The notes: generated by a model not told the origin, from the sequence alone. 24,000 nt of DNA from Natranaeroarchaeum aerophilus (GCF_023638055.1 NZ_JAKRVY010000008.1:42845-66844); one strand, 5' to 3'; numbered from the stretch's first letter, positions 1-9,265 are shown. Numbers and translations are program-made.

Positions 1-1
1 C

Positions 2-604
2 CACGCCCTGGTCGACGAGGCCCACCGGCGTGGCGTTCACGTCGCCACGCACGCCCACGGCGCGGAAGGCATCCGGGTTGCCGCCGAGGCTGGCGTCGAT
101 ACCGTCGAACACGGGACCTTCCTCGACGACGCCGCGATCGAGGCGATGCTCGACGAGGACGTCACGCTCGTCCCGACGCTCACCGCGCCCCATCGCATCC
201 TGCACAACGGCGACCGCGCGACCGCCGAGACGCTCGCCCAGTCGAACGAGGTGTACGAGATCCATCGAGAATCGTTCCGTCGCGCCGTCGAGGCGGGCGT
301 CCGGATCGCCGGTGGGACCGACGCCGGGACACCGTTTAACCACCACGGCTCGAACCTCGTCGAGATCCAGTTCATGGCTCGGAACGGCATGGCTCCCGTG
401 GAGGCGATCACGGCGATGACCGGTACTGCCGCGGAAACGATTGGACTGGACGACACCGGGAAGATTGCTCCCGGCTATCACGCCGACCTGCTCGTGGTCG
501 AGGACGATCCGACCGCGGACATCGCCGCCCTCGACGATATCGAGACGGTGCTCAAGGGCGGCGAGGTCGTCGCCGGGACGCCACTATCCGAACTCGGCCC
601 ATAG
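2..604 (+). CDS. Amidohydrolase-superfamily metal-dependent hydrolase, C-terminal part (5' end lies outside the window)
   Basis: Frame 2 is open from the window edge (HALVDEAHRRGVHVATHAHGAEGIRVAAEAGVDTVEHGTFLDD...) and runs into listed ORF 146..604. The motifs HAHG, VEHG, AGGTDAG and ADLLVV..DP are typical of TIM-barrel amidohydrolases (imidazolonepropionase/prolidase-like). Stop TAG at 602-604. Confidence 0.8.
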   Translation, partial: HALVDEAHRRGVHVATHAHGAEGIRVAAEAGVDTVEHGTFLDDAAIEAMLDEDVTLVPTLTAPHRILHNGDRATAETLAQSNEVYEIHRESFRRAVEAGVRIAGGTDAGTPFNHHGSNLVEIQFMARNGMAPVEAITAMTGTAAETIGLDDTGKIAPGYHADLLVVEDDPTADIAALDDIETVLKGGEVVAGTPLSELGP

Positions 605-657
605 ATCGGTACCCCCGACCCGGTAGTACTGTTACCCTCGATCGCATACTACCATCC

Positions 658-1092
658 ATGTACGACGAGATCCTCCTCGCGACCGACGGCAGCGACGACG
701 CCGCGGCGGCGGCCGACCACGCCATCGACCACGCCGAGCGCTACGATGCGACGCTTCACGTCGTCTACGTCGTCGAGACCAGAACGGCCTACGACAACGC
801 GATCGTCGATCCCGAGACAGTCGCTGGGAACCTTCGCAAGGAGGGCCGCGAAACGCTGGCAGCTGTCGAAGAGCGTGCGGAGACGGCGGGGGTCGAGACG
901 ACGACGGAGATCCTCGAAGGCGTCCCACAGGAGGCGATCGAGAACTACGCGGCCGAACACGATGTCGACCTGATTCTGCTCGGAACGCAGGGCCGCTCAG
1001 CGTTCAAGCGCGCACTCCTCGGGAGTACGACCGACAGCATCGTCCGGTCGCGGGTCGCGCCGGTGCTGGTGGTTGGGGAGGACGATGACTGA
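658..1092 (+). CDS. Universal stress protein (UspA family)
   Basis: 144 aa. N-terminus MYDEILLATDGSDDA, then HVVYVVE and a C-terminal GTQGRSAFKRALLGSTTDSIVRSRVAPVLVV, the Usp ATP-binding G-x2-G-x9-G(S/T) region. Acidic composition and GC3-rich codons. Confidence 0.9.
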   Translation: MYDEILLATDGSDDAAAAADHAIDHAERYDATLHVVYVVETRTAYDNAIVDPETVAGNLRKEGRETLAAVEERAETAGVETTTEILEGVPQEAIENYAAEHDVDLILLGTQGRSAFKRALLGSTTDSIVRSRVAPVLVVGEDDD

Positions 1093-1134
1093 CACTCCGC
1101 AACGAATAAACGCCGGTCGCCCCACACTCCGATA

Positions 1135-2607
1135 ATGAGCGATTGGACCGAGAAATACCGCCCGTCGACGCTGGCGGAGGTCCGGGGGAACGACAAGGCC
1201 CGCGACGCGCTAAAAGAGTGGGCCGATTCGTGGGAGCAACACCGCGAGGCGGTCATCGTCTACGGCAGTCCGGGCATCGGGAAGACCTCGGCGGCCCACG
1301 CGCTGGCGACCGACAAGGGCTGGCCGGTGATCGAACTGAATGCGAGCGACCAGCGACAGGCCGACGTGATCGACAAGATCGCGGGCGAGGCGGCCCAGTC
1401 GGGGACGCTCACGCAGGGCAGTTCGGGCAGACGGCTGGTCGTAATGGACGAGGCCGATAACTTCCACGGCAACGCCGATTACGGTGGTTCCGCGGCCGTC
1501 ACCGGCGTCGTCAAGGATGCCGACCAGCCAATGATCCTGATCGCCAACGAGTTCTACGACATGTCCCAGGGGCTGCGAAACGCCTGCCAGGAGATCGAGT
1601 TCCGGGACGTCTCGAAGCGCTCGATCATCCCTGTACTCCGGGACGTCTGTCGGAAGGAGGGCGTCGAGTACGAGGACGAAGCGCTCGAAGCGATCGCCAA
1701 ACAGACCAGTGGCGACCTTCGATCGGCGATCAACGACCTGCAGGCCGTCGCCGAACGGGCCGACCGGCTGACCGTCGACGACGTGGTGACCGGCCAGCGG
1801 GATACGACGACTGATATCTTCGATTTCCTCGACGACGTGATCAAGAAGCTCGACCCGCAGGCCGCGCTCGAAGCGTCCTACGACGTCGACGAGACGCCCG
1901 ACGACATGATAAACTGGATCGAGGACAACATGCCCAAAGACTACGCGGGCCGCGAGCTCGCCGATGCGTACGGCTACCTCGCCAACGCGGATCGCTGGCT
2001 CGGGCGCGTGCGCGCGACCCAGGACTACTCCTACTGGCGCTACGCGGGAGACAATATGACTGCGGGCGTCGCAGCAGCCCGAAACGAGCAGAAAGGCGGC
2101 TGGACGCGCTATGGGCCTCCAAGCTACTGGTCGAAGCTCGGTCGCTCTCGCGGGTCGAGAGAGACGAGAGACAGCATCGCCGTCAAGATCGCAGAAGAAA
2201 GCGGGACGAGCATCGGGACGGCCCGGCGACACGTTCTCCCCTTCCTCGCCGAGCTCACTCATCACTGCAAGAACCGCGAGTTGACTGTTCGGATGGCCGC
2301 CGTCTACGATCTCGACGAGAAGCAGGTCTCGTTCGTGACCGGGAGCGGCAAGACGACCAACAAGGTTCAATCGATCGTCGAGGACGCCCAGGAACTGCGC
2401 GAGCAGGAGGCGGTCGAGCACTCCGGCGGCGCGTTCGAGGGGGCGACGCGGGACATCGAGGACGAGACCAGCGAGGGGACGGAGAGCGAAACCGATGTCG
2501 ACACTGAAGAAAACGCAGGTGCCGAAACGGAGGATGCGACCGAGACGGACGACGCGCCCGAGGAGGAGTCCGACGACGGGCAGGCCGGACTGACGGATTT
2601 CATGTAA
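1135..2607 (+). CDS. rfcL: Replication factor C large subunit (clamp loader), with C-terminal PIP box
   Basis: 490 aa. WTEKYRPSTLAEVRGND, Walker A GSPGIGKTSAAHALA, VVMDEADN (Walker B/DEAD-like), SGDLRSAINDLQ (sensor region). Long acidic tail ends QAGLTDFM (nt 2581-2604), which fits the PCNA-interacting Qxx[LIM]xxF[FYM] motif. AATAAA-like box at 1104-1110, about 28 nt before the ATG, would fit a leaderless mRNA. Confidence 0.93.
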   Translation: MSDWTEKYRPSTLAEVRGNDKARDALKEWADSWEQHREAVIVYGSPGIGKTSAAHALATDKGWPVIELNASDQRQADVIDKIAGEAAQSGTLTQGSSGRRLVVMDEADNFHGNADYGGSAAVTGVVKDADQPMILIANEFYDMSQGLRNACQEIEFRDVSKRSIIPVLRDVCRKEGVEYEDEALEAIAKQTSGDLRSAINDLQAVAERADRLTVDDVVTGQRDTTTDIFDFLDDVIKKLDPQAALEASYDVDETPDDMINWIEDNMPKDYAGRELADAYGYLANADRWLGRVRATQDYSYWRYAGDNMTAGVAAARNEQKGGWTRYGPPSYWSKLGRSRGSRETRDSIAVKIAEESGTSIGTARRHVLPFLAELTHHCKNRELTVRMAAVYDLDEKQVSFVTGSGKTTNKVQSIVEDAQELREQEAVEHSGGAFEGATRDIEDETSEGTESETDVDTEENAGAETEDATETDDAPEEESDDGQAGLTDFM

Positions 2608-3279
2608 CTACGCGACCAGCGACTCGACGTCTATTGCCGCTCCGACACCATCGATTACACTGTCAGAGTCGATCGTTTCCAGCGGCGGGAGCGTCCCGAC
2701 CGGGTGTCCGGTCATGCGCTCGACTTCGTCCGGATTCGTCCGCTCGGCGACGTCCTCGGCGGTGTACTCGTTGAGGACGACCCCACGCACCTCGACGTCA
2801 CGCCGCTCCAGCGCCGCGACGGTCAGGGCAGTGTGGTTCAGCGTGCCCAGCCCGGACCGCGAGACAACGAGCGCCGGCAGCCCCAGATCGGCGACGAGAT
2901 CGATCACCTCACGGTCGCCCGCCAGCGGAACACGAAGGCCGCCGATCCCCTCGACGATTCCGGTCTCGACGTCGTCGTCGTTCAGGAGTTCCTGACAGCC
3001 ATCGAGTAGCTCCTCGTAGGACAGATCGACGCCCTCGCGCTCGGCGGCGACCCGCGGCGCAAGCGGCGGTTCGAGCCGTCGAAGACAGGTCGACGCGTCG
3101 TCCGTGCCACAGACTTCGGCCACGAACGCCGCGTCGTCGTCCGGCGGATAGCCGGTCTGGGCGGGTTTGATAGCCCTTGCCGCGACGCCGCGCTCACGGA
3201 GCCAGCCGGTGATCCCGGCGGTGACGACGGTCTTGCCGACGCCGGTGTCGGTACCGACGACGAACAGCGCCCGGCTCAT
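2608..3279 (-). CDS. bioD: Dethiobiotin synthetase (ATP-dependent)
   Basis: The listed ORF 2608..3606 is over-extended by an Arg/Ser-rich leader overlapping bioF. The plausible start is ATG at 3279, giving MSRALFVVGTDTGVGKTVVTAGI (P-loop GTDTxVGKT typical of BioD), then KPAQTG, IVEGIGGLRVPL and GVVLN. Stop TAG at 2608-2610 directly abuts the rfcL stop (convergent, zero gap). Confidence 0.88.
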   Translation of the reverse strand: MSRALFVVGTDTGVGKTVVTAGITGWLRERGVAARAIKPAQTGYPPDDDAAFVAEVCGTDDASTCLRRLEPPLAPRVAAEREGVDLSYEELLDGCQELLNDDDVETGIVEGIGGLRVPLAGDREVIDLVADLGLPALVVSRSGLGTLNHTALTVAALERRDVEVRGVVLNEYTAEDVAERTNPDEVERMTGHPVGTLPPLETIDSDSVIDGVGAAIDVESLVA

Positions 3280-3289
3280 TGCTGGACGG

Positions 3290-4552
3290 TCACAGCAGAT
3301 CAACCTCCCGGCCTGCGTCGCGAAACGCGTCCAGACAGGCGGCCAGATCGGATGCCGAGTGGGTCGCCATCGGTGCGACGCGGATCCGGCTCGTCCCATC
3401 GGGGACGGTTGGCGGTCTGATCGCCGGGGCGACGACGCCGCGCTCGTAGAGCTCATCGCTGAGCGCGAGCGCGGCCTCGCGGTCATCGACGCGAACCGGG
3501 ATGATCTGGGTCTCGCCGGGGACGTGATAGCCCATGTCCGCCAGCTCCTCTCGGAGGTACTCGACGTTTCGCCAGAGCCGACCGCGACAGTCGCCAGTCC
3601 GGGCAACGTGGAGCGCTTCGGCGGCCGCCGCGGCCGACGGCGGGGCCAGCCCCGTCGAGAACACGAACGAGCGGGCGTGGTTGATCAGATACTCGATCAG
3701 ATCGTCGCTGCCCGCAACGTAGCCTCCCTGACTGGCCAGCGCCTTCGAGAGCGTCCCCATCTGAATTCCCACCCGATCGGAGAGGCCTTCGCGCTGGACG
3801 ATACCGCCACCGTCTTCGTAGAGTCCAGTGGCATGAGCCTCGTCAACCATCATCCACGCCCCGTACTGTTCGGCGACGTCACAGATGTCAGCCAGCGGCG
3901 CGACGTCGCCGTCCATACTGAACACGGAGTCAGTGACGACAAGCCACGACTCGTCGTCGACAGTCCCCGAGCGACTCTCCATTCTGGCCGCGAGGTCGGC
4001 GACGTCGCAGTGGTCGTAGACGACCGTGTCGGCCCCCGAAAGCCGACACGCGTCAACGATGCTTGCGTGGTTGTACGCGTCCGAAAAGACGACGTCCGGG
4101 GCGAGCGCGGTGATCGTCCCGATGTTCGCGGCGTAGCCCGACGAGAACGCCAGCGCGCGATCGGTGGCTTTCGTCTCGGCGATCCGCTCCTCGAGGTCCC
4201 GGTGGACCAGCGTATCACCAGTGACGAGTCGGCTCGCGCCTGCACCCGTGCCGACGACCTCAGTGGCGGCGACGGCAGCGTCCTGGACGCGCTCATCCTG
4301 GGTCAGGCCAAGGTAGTTGTTGGCGGCGAGAACGAGTCGCTCCTCTCCATCGACGACGGGCAAGGCACTACCCGACGGGGGTGCGAACTGTGCGTACTCT
4401 GCAACCCGGTTCGCCGGCGAGAGCCGTCGTCGCAGGTTCTCCCGTTCGCGTGCGGCCAGATCGGCCGACAGGTCGAACCCGTGGCTCGCCGTCGAGCCGT
4501 CACCCCGTGACGATCCCGTGCTGTCGTCTCCCGCTCTGAAGTCCTCACTCAT
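3290..4552 (-). CDS. bioF: 8-amino-7-oxononanoate synthase (PLP-dependent alpha-oxoamine synthase family)
   Basis: 420 aa. NNYLGL, GAGASRLVTGDT, FSSGYAANIG, SDAYNHASIVDA, FSMDGDVAPL, DEAHATG, TLSKALASQGGY (PLP lysine). Sits 10 nt upstream of bioD in a bio cluster. Confidence 0.88.
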   Translation of the reverse strand: MSEDFRAGDDSTGSSRGDGSTASHGFDLSADLAARERENLRRRLSPANRVAEYAQFAPPSGSALPVVDGEERLVLAANNYLGLTQDERVQDAAVAATEVVGTGAGASRLVTGDTLVHRDLEERIAETKATDRALAFSSGYAANIGTITALAPDVVFSDAYNHASIVDACRLSGADTVVYDHCDVADLAARMESRSGTVDDESWLVVTDSVFSMDGDVAPLADICDVAEQYGAWMMVDEAHATGLYEDGGGIVQREGLSDRVGIQMGTLSKALASQGGYVAGSDDLIEYLINHARSFVFSTGLAPPSAAAAAEALHVARTGDCRGRLWRNVEYLREELADMGYHVPGETQIIPVRVDDREAALALSDELYERGVVAPAIRPPTVPDGTSRIRVAPMATHSASDLAACLDAFRDAGREVDLL

Positions 4553-4699
4553 TGTCTCGTCGCCGTCTTTGTCGTCTGTCTGCGGCGATATCGGCTTCCC
4601 GTGTCCGTTCGAGGGTACCGACTACTACACTCGAATAACTGCAACTGGTTTGGTCCTACTGCTGGGAGAGTATAGCTTTTCTTACTTCGACCGGGATCC

Positions 4700-5779
4700 T
4701 CAGAATCTCGGCATCAACTCGGCCGGACCGAACACGCCGTACTCACCGGCTCGATTTCGGCGGACTCCCGTCTTCAGGTAGCCAAGGGCCGGACCGTTGA
4801 CGTTCGCGGCCATCGACGTGTCGTCGTCGAGACGAAACGTGTTCGTCCCCCTCTCGCCGTCGAACGTAGTCCCGGTCACGCTGACGGTAGTCGTCGTCGG
4901 CTTCTCGTCGGTGCGGACATCCAGCACGCCGCCGACAGTGACGTCCTCGACATCGCAGACCCCGGCCCGTTCAAGCAGGACATCGTCGGCGTGTTCCATG
5001 TCGTTGAACTCGATGACACCACCGTGCTCGGCGACGATGGCTTCGATTTCCTCGTCCGAGAGGGCACGTGCCGTCTCGATGTCGTAGCCGTCGAGGTGGG
5101 CGATGTCCTCGCGGACCGTCCCGCGATTGTCCTCATAGCCCGAGCGCAGTCCGACGCCCCACCAGATCTCGACCTCGTCGACTTCGACGAACGACTGAGC
5201 TGCGAGGGCGGCCGCGCCAGTCAGGAAGCCGGGCGTTGCACCCGCCCCACAGACGAAGGTGATTCCGGCGTCCTCCAGCGTCTCTGCGCGCTCGTCAAGG
5301 AGTCCGATCACCCGCGAGCGTTTTAGCACGTCGATCAGGACTCCCTCATATCCCGCCTCGGCGAACCGATCCGCGACGCGGGGGATGAAGTCGTGTTCGA
5401 GGTTCGGCAGGGCGATCAGCACCGCGTCGATCCGATCGCTCTTCGCGATGATGTCGTCGATCGGTGTCTCGGTCGGTCTGCCCTGCTCGGACGCGACGAC
5501 GCCCGCGCCCTCGCCAGTCTGTTTGACGCCGCCCGCATCTGTTGACACCCCGCCGTCCGTCACGGTATCCTGGTCATCATCCACCTCATCGGGGCCGCTC
5601 GCCACGTTCCCCTCCGTCGCGTCGAGCAGTTCCCCGACGTCGAGTCCGTCGTGATCGACCGCGATTCCCCCGCGGTCGCACACCGCAACGGGTATCAATC
5701 CGTCCCTGTACTGACTGACCTCAAGCGTCCGTCGGCCGATACCGCCAGTGCCAAGAACTGCAAAGCTGATCTCGTTCAT
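4700..5779 (-). CDS. NAD(P)-binding Rossmann-fold protein embedded in the biotin cluster; candidate BioU-type KAPA-to-DAPA enzyme replacing BioA
   Basis: 359 aa. N-terminal ISFAVLGTGGIGRR (GxGxxG dinucleotide fold). Its start is 12 nt after the bioB stop, on the same strand as bioB, bioF and bioD. No aminotransferase (bioA) gene in the cluster. Contains an acidic low-complexity insert (PDEVDDDQDTVTDGGVSTDAGG). The functional call rests on gene context plus recalled BioU literature, not on a computed alignment. Confidence 0.5.
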   Translation of the reverse strand: MNEISFAVLGTGGIGRRTLEVSQYRDGLIPVAVCDRGGIAVDHDGLDVGELLDATEGNVASGPDEVDDDQDTVTDGGVSTDAGGVKQTGEGAGVVASEQGRPTETPIDDIIAKSDRIDAVLIALPNLEHDFIPRVADRFAEAGYEGVLIDVLKRSRVIGLLDERAETLEDAGITFVCGAGATPGFLTGAAALAAQSFVEVDEVEIWWGVGLRSGYEDNRGTVREDIAHLDGYDIETARALSDEEIEAIVAEHGGVIEFNDMEHADDVLLERAGVCDVEDVTVGGVLDVRTDEKPTTTTVSVTGTTFDGERGTNTFRLDDDTSMAANVNGPALGYLKTGVRRNRAGEYGVFGPAELMPRF

Positions 5780-5791
5780 GGTTCTGAAGTC

Positions 5792-6904
5792 TCAGTCGTC
5801 GGTTGCGTTGCTGGTCGCGGTGCCTGCTGCGGTCTCCGTCTCGGTGCTGTCGTCGGCCCGGGATTTGACCGCCGCGGGATTGAACTCGTTTGTGTCCATA
5901 TTTGGGCGTAGTCCCGCCCGCTCCATCACTTCGATATCCTCGCCGGGCGACTGGCCGCCGGTCGTCAGATAATCTCCGGTCAGTATGCCGTCGGCTCCGG
6001 CCTCGAAGGGAAGATGCTGTTCGTCCTCGTCAAGGTTGACCTCTCGTCCGCCGGTGAGTCGAACGCGAGCCTCGGGATGTAACAGTCGGTACATGGCGAC
6101 GGTCTTCACGATCTCCGCGGTGGAGATGTCGGCGGAATCGCCGAGTCGCTCGGCCATCGGCGTCCCCGCGACGGGATTTAACACGTTCACCGGAAGCGAG
6201 GAGATGCCGATCTCCTGCAGGGCGATCGCTGCGTCGACGCGGTCGGTCGGCGTCTCCCCCATCCCAAGGATGACGCCAGCACAGAGATCCATCCCGGCGT
6301 CTTTGGCGACTTCGAGCGTCTCGACCCGGTCCTCGAAGCTGTGAGTGTCGACAATTTCGGGGAAGTAGTTCGGCGACGTCTCGATGTTGTGGTTGTAGTG
6401 GTTCAGCCCCTCGTCGGCGAGAATCTCGGCCTCTTCGTCGGTGAGGATCCCGAGGCTCGCGTCGACCTCGACATCGGTCTCGTCGCGGACGAGTCGGATC
6501 GCTTCGAGTACCTCCTCCCACTCTTCCGGGCGGTGCTCTTTGCTGACACCTTTTTCGGCGACGACGATACCGAAGCGCTGCGCGCCGTCCCGCTCGGCGC
6601 GCTTTGCCGCTTCGAGAACCTTCTCGGGGCCGAGAAACCCGTAGGTGTCGATCCCAGTATCGAAGTGAACTGACTGGGCACAAAAGCCACAGTCCTCGGC
6701 ACAGTCGCCCGCTTTCGCATTGACGATGCTACACGCGTCGACGGTATCGTCACCCAGCTGGGACCTGATGTAGTCCGCAGCAGGGGCGAGATCCGCGACC
6801 GGCTGGGCGATCAGCGCCAGCCCGTCCGTCCGGTCGAGGCGCTCCCCTCGGAGGACGCGCCGGACCGCCTCGTCGACCGTCTGATTGCCCGTCTCGTAAA
6901 CCAT
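5792..6904 (-). CDS. bioB: Biotin synthase (radical SAM)
   Basis: 370 aa. CAEDCGFCAQS radical-SAM CxxxCxxC motif, then NHNIETS and a C-terminal region typical of BioB, plus an approximately 35-aa acidic/Thr-rich tail. TTTAAC-like box on the minus strand at 6929-6935, about 25 nt before the ATG. Confidence 0.92.
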   Translation of the reverse strand: MVYETGNQTVDEAVRRVLRGERLDRTDGLALIAQPVADLAPAADYIRSQLGDDTVDACSIVNAKAGDCAEDCGFCAQSVHFDTGIDTYGFLGPEKVLEAAKRAERDGAQRFGIVVAEKGVSKEHRPEEWEEVLEAIRLVRDETDVEVDASLGILTDEEAEILADEGLNHYNHNIETSPNYFPEIVDTHSFEDRVETLEVAKDAGMDLCAGVILGMGETPTDRVDAAIALQEIGISSLPVNVLNPVAGTPMAERLGDSADISTAEIVKTVAMYRLLHPEARVRLTGGREVNLDEDEQHLPFEAGADGILTGDYLTTGGQSPGEDIEVMERAGLRPNMDTNEFNPAAVKSRADDSTETETAAGTATSNATDD

Positions 6905-6980
6905 GTCTTCGAACTCAGTTTACAACATGTTAAACGGTTCGGTGCGTAGCAGGTTGGCAGCGGCTGGACGGGGAGATATA

Positions 6981-9089
6981 CTAGACGGAGTCCGGTTCGA
7001 AGAGTGTCTCGAACAGCTTTCGCTCTCCGGCGCGAAGGTGCTGGTTGAACGTCGGCGGGGCGACGCCGAGCGCCTCGGCAATCTGTTCGCCGTTCTTTTC
7101 GCGAGGCCACTCGAAGTACCCGCTGAAGTAGGCCGCCTCGAGCACTTCTCGCTGGCGGTCGGTCAGGTGGTCGTCGAGGCGCTCGCGGAACGAGCGTCTG
7201 GTGCCGGTATCGCTGGTCCGCTCCCTGCGAGCGACGAACTCGACGGAGGGATACTCTCCTGTGAGCCGTTCGGCGAAGGATCGCACGTCCGCAGTCTGTG
7301 GCAGGTCGACGACGACTCGGCCGCCGTTCGGATCGGCAGTGACCGATCGCGGGACACCGCCGTGGTCCGCGACCGTCGTCGCGATATTCGTATCCGTGGT
7401 CCGGCACTCGAACAGCGCCGCGTCGTTGCGTTCGCTGATGAGTTTCGCCTCGGTGACCGACATCGACTCCTCGGCGGACTCGAGGACGTCCTCGACTTCG
7501 GCATCGGTGATCGAGAAGAAGATCAGATACGAGCCGTCGGACTGGGGCAGGATCGTTCGCAGATCCACGTTGCTGCCAGTCCGTTTCGAGAGGGTGTACA
7601 GGAAGTCCTCGGAGTTCGGAATCCGGAACTCGACCTGCACGACGCTGTCGGTCAGCAGCGCCTCCTTGCGGTCGATGGCGTTGATCGCGTAGCCGATCGT
7701 CTCGCCAAGCTCCGCGAGAACGCTACGGGTATCCCCATCGAAGGTGTCCAGCTGGCTGGCGTAGATCTGCAAGAGTCCATAGACCGCACCCTCGTAGGTC
7801 AGCGGGACCGTCGCCACCGATCGGAAGCCGCTTTTTAATGCCTGCTTGCGCCAGCTGCCCATGCTCTCGTCTTCGAAGATGTTCTGGACAATGCCGACCT
7901 CGCCCTCGTGGAGCGCGTTCTGGACGGGGTTGGACTCGCTGTCGAGATCGATGCTCGCCAGATAGTTCCCCTCGTTGCCGCCTTTCGCCCGCGGGCTGAT
8001 CGTCTCGTTGATGTCGTTGTAGCCGCCGATCCACGCGAACTCGTAGAGGTCGACGTTGACCAGCCGGTCACAGACCTCCTGTTCGATCTCCTCGCGCGTC
8101 GAGGCCTGCACCAGCGCCTGATCGATGTTCCGAATCACCGTGTTGATCCGGTTGAGCCGCTTGAGCTGGCTGTTTTGCTCTTCGAGTTTGCGGTCGCGTT
8201 CGCGTAACACGGCCTCGCGTTCGGCTCGATCCAGCGCCGCCTCCGCGTTCGCTCCGAGCGTCTCGACGAACTCGCCGGTCACCGCCTCCAGTGGGTCGTC
8301 GCCGGTGGTCCCCGCCAGCAACACGCCGTGGTCGCCCAGCGGGACGATCAGCTCGCTGGTCAACTGGGATTCGGCGTCGTGGCCCTCCATCTCGCTGACG
8401 TCCTCGTGGTGTCTGGTCTCGCCGTCGACGAAGGCATCCCACGCCAGACTCTCGCCGCCGGAAAACGTCGGCGGCTCTTCCGTCACGCCGTCCAGATCCG
8501 AGATATACGCCTCCGGGCGCAACACGCCCGCGGACTCGTCGAGCAGGTAGACCGCGATCCAGGGCAACTCCAGCACGTCGACCGCGACCTCGACGGTCTG
8601 TCCGGCGATATCCTCCCGCGTCTCGGCCAGCATCAGCGAGCGCATCCCGTCGTGCAGCGCCGTCAGCATGCTTTCTCGCTCTTCGAGGCCCTCCTGCGCT
8701 CGCGCGCGGCCCACCGCGTTCCGGATCCGGTTGGCCAGCAGGTCGTACTGGTCCGCCGAGTGTTCCTTCTGCAGATAGTCGGTCACGCCCTGCGTGATCG
8801 CCTCGCTGGCGACCTCCTCGCTACCCTTCCCGGTGTACAGAATGAAGGGCAGGCGCTCGTCGACCGCCCGGACTTCCCGCAAAAAGTCGACACCGTCGGT
8901 CGGTCCCATCCGGTAGTCGCTGAGCACGCAGTCGACGCCCGCGCCGTTTTGCAGCGTCTCGATTGCGGCGTCGGCTGCCGTCTCCGTCGTCACGTCGATA
9001 TCGTCGTTGTCCTCTTCCAGAAAGGTAGAGACGACATCGAGGAACTGCTCGTTGTCGTCGAGATGTAGCACGTGGATCCTATCAGTCAT
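6981..9089 (-). CDS. Response-regulator receiver / GAF / GAF / BAT / HTH_10 transcription regulator (bacterio-opsin-activator-like family)
   Basis: N-terminus MTDRIHVLHLDDNEQF..DCVLSDYRMGPTDG..ILYTGKG is a CheY-like receiver with a phospho-acceptor Asp. Two GAF-like segments are separated by a coiled coil (EREAVLRERDRKLEEQNSQLKRLNRIN). The C-terminus LTDRQREVLEAAYFSGYFEWPREKNGEQIAEALGVAPPTFNQHLRAGERKLFETLF is the haloarchaeal HTH_10 (Bat-type) domain. I prefer ATG 9089 over the GTG at 9119 because an AT-rich TATA-like box (about 9121-9136) would then lie upstream of the start. Confidence 0.85.
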   Translation of the reverse strand: MTDRIHVLHLDDNEQFLDVVSTFLEEDNDDIDVTTETAADAAIETLQNGAGVDCVLSDYRMGPTDGVDFLREVRAVDERLPFILYTGKGSEEVASEAITQGVTDYLQKEHSADQYDLLANRIRNAVGRARAQEGLEERESMLTALHDGMRSLMLAETREDIAGQTVEVAVDVLELPWIAVYLLDESAGVLRPEAYISDLDGVTEEPPTFSGGESLAWDAFVDGETRHHEDVSEMEGHDAESQLTSELIVPLGDHGVLLAGTTGDDPLEAVTGEFVETLGANAEAALDRAEREAVLRERDRKLEEQNSQLKRLNRINTVIRNIDQALVQASTREEIEQEVCDRLVNVDLYEFAWIGGYNDINETISPRAKGGNEGNYLASIDLDSESNPVQNALHEGEVGIVQNIFEDESMGSWRKQALKSGFRSVATVPLTYEGAVYGLLQIYASQLDTFDGDTRSVLAELGETIGYAINAIDRKEALLTDSVVQVEFRIPNSEDFLYTLSKRTGSNVDLRTILPQSDGSYLIFFSITDAEVEDVLESAEESMSVTEAKLISERNDAALFECRTTDTNIATTVADHGGVPRSVTADPNGGRVVVDLPQTADVRSFAERLTGEYPSVEFVARRERTSDTGTRRSFRERLDDHLTDRQREVLEAAYFSGYFEWPREKNGEQIAEALGVAPPTFNQHLRAGERKLFETLFEPDSV

Positions 9090-9265
9090 ACATGCCAGTT
9101 TAGTAATCGTAGTTGCCACAGGCTACGTAAATAACTATTTGATATCGAGGCGACACCTTCCCGCGTCGCCACTACCGGACTGATCGTCAGAAAACGGCAC
9201 GTCCAAAGCGGACGGCCGGATCCACGCGCCGTGCGTGTATGGACACCGAAACCGGGTGGTGTCGC

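Noticed and set aside
1210-2421. 403-aa ORF antisense to the RFC large subunit gene. Similar long antisense ORFs occur at 3167..4510 (447 aa, opposite bioF), 6903..7838 and 8328..9068 (opposite the regulator), 18119..19081 and 18235..18975 (opposite arlI), and 21060..21647 (opposite arlF/arlG).
   Set aside because: These are classic shadow ORFs of high-GC genomes. Their translations are Arg/Gly/Val/Leu-rich and non-acidic. They lack recognisable motifs and have the wrong third-position GC pattern. The opposite strand encodes proteins with unmistakable family signatures.
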